Part shown: positions 58,301 through 64,000 of the stretch, piece by piece | Layout of the letters: each line of letters opens with the position of its first letter | Position numbering within the stretch: the stretch's first letter is position 1 | Source: an uncultured delta proteobacterium | GTDB taxonomy: Bacteria; Myxococcota_A; Polyangia; Haliangiales; Haliangiaceae | Length of the DNA stretch: 64,000 bases | Direction of reading: 5' to 3' | Assembly (NCBI GenBank): GCA_963848295.1 | Contig: CAWKDB010000009.1 | Span: forward strand, 16,682 to 80,681 | Notes under the pieces: generated by a model | Database searches by the model: none | What the model saw: only the letters and a program-made list of their open reading frames with translations | What the model was told of the DNA's origin: nothing | Made by a program: the position numbers and the translations under genes

Positions 58301-58502
58301 CGCCGGGATTCCAGGTGGTGACGATACCGTTCAGGTCTTTGCTGATGATGGCGTCGTCGGACGATTCCACGATCGCGGCGAGGTGGAGGGAATCGGTCTT
58401 GCTTCGCGACAGCGCCTGCTCCGACAAGGTGCCAGGCAGATCTGATCGTCGAGCGGCGTCTCGAGGACGCTTGCTCTTCGAAGGGCGCTTCTGAGAGCTC
58501 AT
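55371..58502 (-). CDS. Cytoplasmic hybrid histidine kinase, 5 PAS + HisKA + HATPase + receiver
   Basis: [11 protein letters not shown], four further PAS domains, [40 protein letters not shown]...LTDVVMP...KPFT. Confidence 0.95.
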   Translation of the reverse strand: [1043 protein letters not shown]

Positions 58503-59529
58503 GGTCCTCGCACGATGAATAGCCCGACCAAGATGGATAGGACCACCTATCGGGGTCGAATCGCCAGTCGTTGTGGCGGGCAACGAAGAGATCGTAGGTG
58601 GCCTACTCAGGCTGCCATGTGTGTGAGCTGCCGGATCAGGTCGACGTGCGAGGCGCGCGGATCAACCGCAAGCGCCGGCTCGACGATCGGCGCGTCTTCG
58701 GCTGCGTCGGGTCGTAGGTTCCGGACAACGCCTGATCGGGAGCTGCGGCGCGTCGGGCGTTCGTAGCGAGCTCGGTAGGCATGGGCGCTTCGCGGGCGGC
58801 GGACCATTGAAGCAGTGCATCGAGCGCCGGGCCCAGGGACTCCGCACGCGGTTAGACTGTACTCGACGCACCGCGGACTCTCTGCACACGCGATGCGTCG
58901 AACGATTCCGTCTTCGAGAGCATGCTCGAGCTCAAGGATGCCGAGGAGATTCGCGAGCGATCGGATTGGCTTGAGGGTCTTGCGAGCGACTTCGGAACTT
59001 CCATGTCTCACGAGGACGCTACGCGTATCGAGAACCTGATCGAGCAGGTCGAGCAGGGCCTGCCGGAGCGATACGAAGTTCACGAGATGCGGCCGCTCGT
59101 GCACGACGACGCAACTCGTGGATTCCAAGGTCAAGCTCGCGTGCCAGCTCTGCTCGGGGCAGTTCGAGATCCGGCCTTTCGGCGGTCCCAAGGCCAGGTC
59201 GAAGGCCTGAGGCCACGCGACAAGCCTCAGCTACTTCGGGTCGATTCTCGCAAACAGCCACTGACGAAACCGCACCACACTCATGCGGCAGGCTGCGCCT
59301 CGTTCGCGGCAGAACCCGTGTCCGTGGCGACGACGCTCGGCTGCCGCCCCCCCCGCCAATCAGGCTCGCGGCGATCTCACCCAGCCAGAACATGTCACCG
59401 TCCTTGAGCAAATCCGCGCCGCGTTTCCAGGCTTGCATCACGTCGCGCCACCGAAGCGATCGCGCGGGCTTGGCCGTGCAGGAGCGGTTCTCCGTGCTTT
59501 GTCGGAAGCCGGTGCTGTACGATCTCGCC

Positions 59530-59889
59530 GTGCTTCGAGCTCTCCCGGTCGTGGCGTTGGCACTCGTCGGGTGCAATTCGCCCGCACAACGGATCATCGA
59601 CGCGAAGAGCGCCGATGCGCTGGCCGTGATCGCTGACAGTCCGCCGCCACCGCCGCCGAGCGTCGATGCCGCACCACCTCCGGCGATGAGCTGTGGACCC
59701 GACGCTGGGACCTGCGATCTCCCACCGTCCACCTGTCTCGATAGCAACTATCTCGTCTACTACACGACGGCGACGTGTAACGCGGGCATGTGCGGCTACA
59801 CGCAGATGCTCCTGTACTGCAGCACCGGTTGTGTCGAGCAACCCACCGTACCCGCCACCGGCGGCTGTCAACCGGGTGGCTTCACCTAG
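59530..59889 (+). CDS. Small Cys-rich lipoprotein
   Basis: LALVGC lipobox, Pro-rich linker, 8-Cys C-terminal domain. Start is approximate. Confidence 0.65.
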   Translation: MLRALPVVALALVGCNSPAQRIIDAKSADALAVIADSPPPPPPSVDAAPPPAMSCGPDAGTCDLPPSTCLDSNYLVYYTTATCNAGMCGYTQMLLYCSTGCVEQPTVPATGGCQPGGFT

Positions 59890-60280
59890 CATCTCGCGCG
59901 TCCACCTCGCTGCCGGCATCGTCGTCATCTTGCTGCTCCCGCTGGCATCGTGGCTCGACGGTTCCGGTCAGCTGGCGTGGACGATGTTCTCGCGCACGGG
60001 ACGCTATCGACTCGTGCTGACGGCCGATGGCGCGCCCATGAATCCGACCGAGGTCGCCGCCGCCGCCGCGCCGGGCCCGACATCCGCCGCACTCGCGGGC
60101 GCCGATCAGTTCAAGCATCACGACGTGGCGCGCGCGACGCTCCGCCGACATCTCGACGACGTCGTCGAGTTCGCGTGCACGCTGCGGCGCGGAGCGCACA
60201 TCGCCGCGCAACTCGAGGAGCGCATCCGTTCCGGCGAGCCGATCCGGAGCACCGAAGTCTCGATCCAATGCGCTCGCTGA
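59876..60280 (+). CDS. Single-TM protein with WTMFS motif (SdpA/DUF5819-like HTTM partner)
   Basis: GTG overlaps the upstream gene end. N-terminal TM, LAWTMFSRTGRY, two Cys. Confidence 0.55.
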   Translation: MASPSISRVHLAAGIVVILLLPLASWLDGSGQLAWTMFSRTGRYRLVLTADGAPMNPTEVAAAAAPGPTSAALAGADQFKHHDVARATLRRHLDDVVEFACTLRRGAHIAAQLEERIRSGEPIRSTEVSIQCAR

Positions 60281-61068
60281 CCGGCGATCCCGCGCTTCGT
60301 CCTCTGGGCGCGGCACGTCTCGCGTTTGGCCTGGTGTTCCTGCTCCGAACGACGCCGCTGCTCGCCGTGTTCGAACCGGCGTTCTTGCGCGGTTCGAACG
60401 GCTGGCTGGGATGGCCTGATGGTGGCTGGCACGCGTCCGTGCTCGGTCTCGCCCTGCCAGACGCGATCGTCGCGCTCCTCGTCGTGCTGCGAACCCTCGG
60501 CGCCGTCGGGCTCATGCTCGGCTTCCACACGCGCATCAGCGGCATCGTCGCCGGCGTAGCCGGATATCTCGTGCTCGCGCAGGATGCGTTCGGCTACTTC
60601 CATCACCTCCACATGCTCTACCTGGGCGCGCTCCTGTTCGCGATCGTGGATGCGGATGCCGCGTTCGCTTTGCGGTTGCGCACCGCGAAGTCGGCTCGAT
60701 CGAGCCTCGGCCTCATGCGCGCGTTCGTCGCCTCCATCTACCTCTGGGCAGCGCTTGGCAAGCTCGCGTCGGAATGGGGTACAGGCGCCGCACTCACCGC
60801 GTTCCGCGACAGCGGTGCACTCGACAAGGTCGCGTGGCTGCTCACGCCCGATCGCGTCGCCGCGATCGAGATCTCGGTGATCGTGCTGGAGCTCGCGATC
60901 GGCGTGGGGCTGCTCTGGAGACGCACCCGGATCGTGGCGCTCGTTGGCGCCGTCGCGATGCACGTCAGCTTCGAGTACATCGCGCGGGTCGACTCGATCG
61001 GCTGGCAGATGTGCGCCCTCCTGATCGTCTTCACTCGCAGTGGGCAGCCTCGACCGGCCACCCCATGA
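60268..61068 (+). CDS. HTTM-domain (vitamin K-dependent carboxylase-like / SdpB-like) membrane protein
   Basis: LGAARLAFG, MLGFHTR, YFHHLHML, IYLWAALGKLASEWGTG, ELAIGVGL, AMHVSF. Confidence 0.8.
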   Translation: MRSLTGDPALRPLGAARLAFGLVFLLRTTPLLAVFEPAFLRGSNGWLGWPDGGWHASVLGLALPDAIVALLVVLRTLGAVGLMLGFHTRISGIVAGVAGYLVLAQDAFGYFHHLHMLYLGALLFAIVDADAAFALRLRTAKSARSSLGLMRAFVASIYLWAALGKLASEWGTGAALTAFRDSGALDKVAWLLTPDRVAAIEISVIVLELAIGVGLLWRRTRIVALVGAVAMHVSFEYIARVDSIGWQMCALLIVFTRSGQPRPATP

Positions 61069-61885
61069 GCGACTGCCCGCACATCTCGTTCGTGACGAGC
61101 GGGCCAGGCAGGATCGTCTGATCCGTGTCGTTCTGCCAGATGCAGCGCGTTTCGATCGAAGCGCTGCCGGCGACGAGCACGTCGATGTCGTACGTCTGCT
61201 GCGCGTCGTACTGCCAGGGGTCGACGTCCACGTAGGTGCTCGGGCTCTCGCCGACGATCACCGACCCGCGAAACTCGGCGCCCGCCTGGTGCATGTGCGG
61301 CCACGTCGAGATGACGTGCAGGTCGTTCGCGATCGTGCAGGTCGCAGCACTCTCCTCGCGATGCCGCGGCCGGAGCGCCGGCACCGGCGCGCGCAGAGGA
61401 AGCCAGCCGGCGCGATGCAGCGCACCCCGTCGAGTCGTCACGGTCAGGTGGCGTTCGCTCGCGGGACCATCTCCCAGGCGCAGCACGTGCGCCTGCACGA
61501 TCATGCTGGTCGTCTGCTCTGGAACGACCAGCTCGATGTCATCGGGTAGGACGAGCGCGCCGCCGCCAATCGCCCACACGTGCAAGGGCACCGCGTCAGC
61601 AGGCATCGCTTCGCATTCCAGCGGGCCCGCCGGGAACTCGCTCGGTGACGCGTAGAGTGAAACGTGGTGGAGCGCGACAGGCCCGGTCGCGGCGTCGAGC
61701 GCGATGCCCCCGATGTCCGCACCGTCCAGCAACGCGGCATCGAAACCGAAGCACACGTAGGCCTCCGAGCTCGTGTCTCCCGTGAATCGAAGCGTGATCT
61801 CGGGGCCTGCTTCCTGCGGCTCCCACGTCGTCCCGCATCCGGCGATGCACGCCACGACCGCGCCCGTGAGAGAACCGACTTGCAT
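61031..61885 (-). CDS. Copper type II ascorbate-dependent monooxygenase-like (PHM/DBH fold) lipoprotein
   Basis: IAGC lipobox, CuH ligands LHHV and QAHV, CuM ligands PHMH and NEMC. Confidence 0.8.
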   Translation of the reverse strand: MQVGSLTGAVVACIAGCGTTWEPQEAGPEITLRFTGDTSSEAYVCFGFDAALLDGADIGGIALDAATGPVALHHVSLYASPSEFPAGPLECEAMPADAVPLHVWAIGGGALVLPDDIELVVPEQTTSMIVQAHVLRLGDGPASERHLTVTTRRGALHRAGWLPLRAPVPALRPRHREESAATCTIANDLHVISTWPHMHQAGAEFRGSVIVGESPSTYVDVDPWQYDAQQTYDIDVLVAGSASIETRCIWQNDTDQTILPGPLVTNEMCGQSLMGWPVEAAHCE

Positions 61886-62154
61886 CCCAGCAAAGGGTAC
61901 ACCGGGCCAACACGCGCCCGTCGCAAGATACGGATTGCGCTCACGCTCCGGCTCGACGGAGCGGCTCGGTGACGCACGCCACCCGGCGAGTCGGTGTTCG
62001 CCGGTACCAGCGCCCGTTGCGCTCGGCGACGGTGACGCTAACTTCTGAAGCACCGACCACCGCCCGGCGAGATCGGCCGGTAGCGCGACGCCGAAAGACA
62101 CGACGGTGCCGCACCGGCCAGGCTCCATGCCGGCGCGGCCATGCGCGAGCGCGC

Positions 62155-62621
62155 TCAGTGCAACGGCTGCGCCTCGGCGGCTTGCTCGGCTGCCTGCGGC
62201 ATCGCACCGATGTTCGCGCCGACGCCGATCTGCGACAGGATCGTGAGCAGGTCGAAGTAGTGACGCTCGTCGACGATCTTGCCGTCCTTGAACGTCGCCA
62301 CGATCACGGCCTTCATGCGGCCGGGCTTGTTCGTCGCCTCGATGGTTCCGAACGGGCCCTCGAGGGGGCCGCCATGCGTCCCCGTCCACTCGACCTCGGC
62401 GACACCCCGGTCACCGACCTCGAGCGAGTCGAGGATCGTGAACGTCACGTCCGGGAACGCACGCCTCCAGCGCTTGAGCACGTCGATGATTCGGTCGGCG
62501 CCCTCGACGCGAACGTGCGTCCCGGCTCCTCGTAGATCGCGTGCTCGTCCAGGCCGGCCCGGCACGCATCCCACTTGCCGGCGGCGAAGGCCTCCAGGTT
62601 CCTCTTGAGAATGTCCAACAT
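62155..62621 (-). CDS. SnoaL-like ester cyclase / NTF2-fold protein (frameshifts near the N-terminus)
   Basis: GGAGG RBS, AFPDVTFTI, WTGTHGGPL, IEATNKP, FKDGKIVDERHYFDLLTILSQIG. Confidence 0.85.
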
Positions 62622-62653
62622 CGCTTGTTCACCTCCTTCCTGGTAGGGATCGC

Positions 62654-62669
62654 AGCATCACGCGTGCCA
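62654..62669 (-). promoter_or_regulatory. Sigma-54 -24/-12 promoter for the ester cyclase gene
   Basis: TGGCACGCGTGATGCT is GG-N10-GC. Confidence 0.55.
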
Positions 62670-62737
62670 TTCCGGCACGGCGGGCGACGGCAGAAGAAGA
62701 CGTACGGGCGGAACGCCGCGGTCTCCGTGGGCCGACC

Positions 62738-63523
62738 TCAGAAGCCGTGCAGCACTTCGAAGGCGACCGCGGCGGTGGCGAGGCTGAACAGCGCCGCGAT
62801 CAGACCCGCGACCTTTGCGTAGCGGATCGCTTCGCGCGCGTCGAGCTCGAGCTGCGCCGCCAGCGCAGCCTCGTGGCCGACGCTGATGACGAGCTCCCCG
62901 CCGTCGGGCGCCTCCACGACGAGCCGCTCTCGCGCGCGCCCGGTCCGGAAGGGGCCTCCGCTCGTCGGCGGCGGAGTGGGTTCGCGCGCGGCCCCCAGCA
63001 CGTAGACCTGCGCGTGCGCGTCCAGGCGCTCCTCGAACCACAACAGATCCTCGGTGGTGGTCGGGTGGCCTTGCGACGCGAGGAAGCGCTGCACGTTGTC
63101 GCGGTGTGCCGGGTTGGCCTCGTGCGTCGTCAAGCCCATCGCCGCGCCGGTGGCCTGCACGCGCGCAAACGACCCCGAATGATCGTCGATGTAGAAGTCG
63201 CGGGCTTCCCGCAGGTCCAGCAGCCGGGTCGTCGAGGAGCCATTCACCTCGTCGATCACCACGCGCCACCACAGGCACCGCGTACCGCTGAGCGGTGCGG
63301 TCACGAGGCTCGATTCGTCGACGGGAACGGCGGTTCCAGCGAGCTCGACGAGGCCGTGCATGGGAGCGCTCGCGATGGTGCTCGTCGGTGTCGCCGCGAT
63401 GCGAGCCCGCCGCAGCTTCGCGCGCCGAGCCTTCCGCAACAGGTGCGCCAGCGCCAGCCCGAGGCACCCGTCGATCGCGCCGATCGACAGGAGCACGATC
63501 CAGCCCGCATCGAGCGCCGCCAC
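62738..63523 (-). CDS. GIDE-domain-like membrane protein
   Basis: N- and C-terminal TM segments, IAATPTSTIA...LVELAG...TAPLSGTRCLWW...FYIDDHSG...VYVLG. Confidence 0.7.
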   Translation of the reverse strand: MAALDAGWIVLLSIGAIDGCLGLALAHLLRKARRAKLRRARIAATPTSTIASAPMHGLVELAGTAVPVDESSLVTAPLSGTRCLWWRVVIDEVNGSSTTRLLDLREARDFYIDDHSGSFARVQATGAAMGLTTHEANPAHRDNVQRFLASQGHPTTTEDLLWFEERLDAHAQVYVLGAAREPTPPPTSGGPFRTGRARERLVVEAPDGGELVISVGHEAALAAQLELDAREAIRYAKVAGLIAALFSLATAAVAFEVLHGF

Positions 63524-63609
63524 GGGTCGATTGTATGCGATCGGGTCTGCCGGCCGTCACCGCGAACGATCGTCGCGCCCCGGCCCGGGTGGTGCGCTAC
63601 CCTCGACGC

Positions 63610-64000
63610 ATGCTCGGGATCCCGCTCGCGCTCGCGGTGTTCGGCTACGGCGAGTGGGCGACGCACAAGTACCTCTTGCACGGGCTCGGCCGCGATCGCG
63701 CGAGCCGGTTCTCGTTCCACTACCACGAGCGTCACCAGGCGGTGCGACGCAACGGAGGCTACGACCCGGCTTCGAGAGCCGCGGTGTGTGAGCACGCCCA
63801 CGCCGGCGCGCGAGGCGATCGGCCTGAGCGCTCGTCGGGCTCGCGCACGCGCCACTATTCCACTCGCGCCGTTCTACACGTCGACGGTCTGGTACTGCCT
63901 CTACCGCTATCGCCGCGACCACCGCCACGCACACCTCGATCCCGCGTGGGCGCGCGACCACCTGAGCTGGCACTACGATCACCACATGGGCGGTAGTCGA
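63610..64000 (+). CDS. Fatty acid hydroxylase/sterol desaturase family protein (frameshifted, runs off the window end)
   Basis: His boxes EWATHKYLLH, FHYHE.H, HRHAH, WHYDHHMG. Confidence 0.75.

Noticed and set aside
58600..59407. ORF 58922-59407 as a functional gene
   Set aside because: The N-terminal part looks helical and protein-like, but there is no clear start, RBS or motif and the tail is low-complexity. It is possibly a gene fragment.
62691..62710. AGAAGAAGACGTACGGGC as a third att copy
   Set aside because: Only a short gapped match. It lacks the GACAAGATG and GGACCGAAGAGATAA parts and has no arm repeats.

Overview
Very GC-rich bacterial DNA whose gene content looks myxobacterial (Myxococcota-like: sigma-54 regulators, FHA/zinc-ribbon regulator, many lipoproteins). 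Taxonomy is inferred, not shown. Bases 1-25.7 kb are host chromosome and heavily frameshifted, almost certainly from sequencing or assembly indels. This part holds a TonB-dependent receptor with two divergent paralogous CxxC lipoproteins, an (I/L)xxNQKK heptad-repeat protein, an NTT-like transporter/cNMP protein, an MBOAT plus two SGNH O-acetylation genes, an M23 peptidase, an RND efflux operon and a sigma-54 two-component system. The main structure is a 46-bp direct repeat (25635-25680 and 51740-51785) that duplicates the 3' end of the sigma-54 response regulator. It brackets a ~26-kb integrative island with tandem 11-bp arm-like sites. The island carries a central six-gene operon ending in xis-like and tyrosine integrase genes, a nucleoside phosphorylase-TPR-GreA/B-C-PIN defence-type giant gene, a HEPN-like gene, a DDE transposase, surface proteins and a polymorphic toxin/immunity pair. 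Directly after the second repeat the arm architecture recurs in diverged form, which suggests a second related island in tandem. That region has a duplicated PP2C gene, a collapsed IS256 remnant, a 5-PAS hybrid kinase, a Cys-rich lipoprotein/HTTM operon and a copper monooxygenase. No rRNA, tRNA or CRISPR array was seen. All family assignments come from motif recognition by eye, not from database searches.
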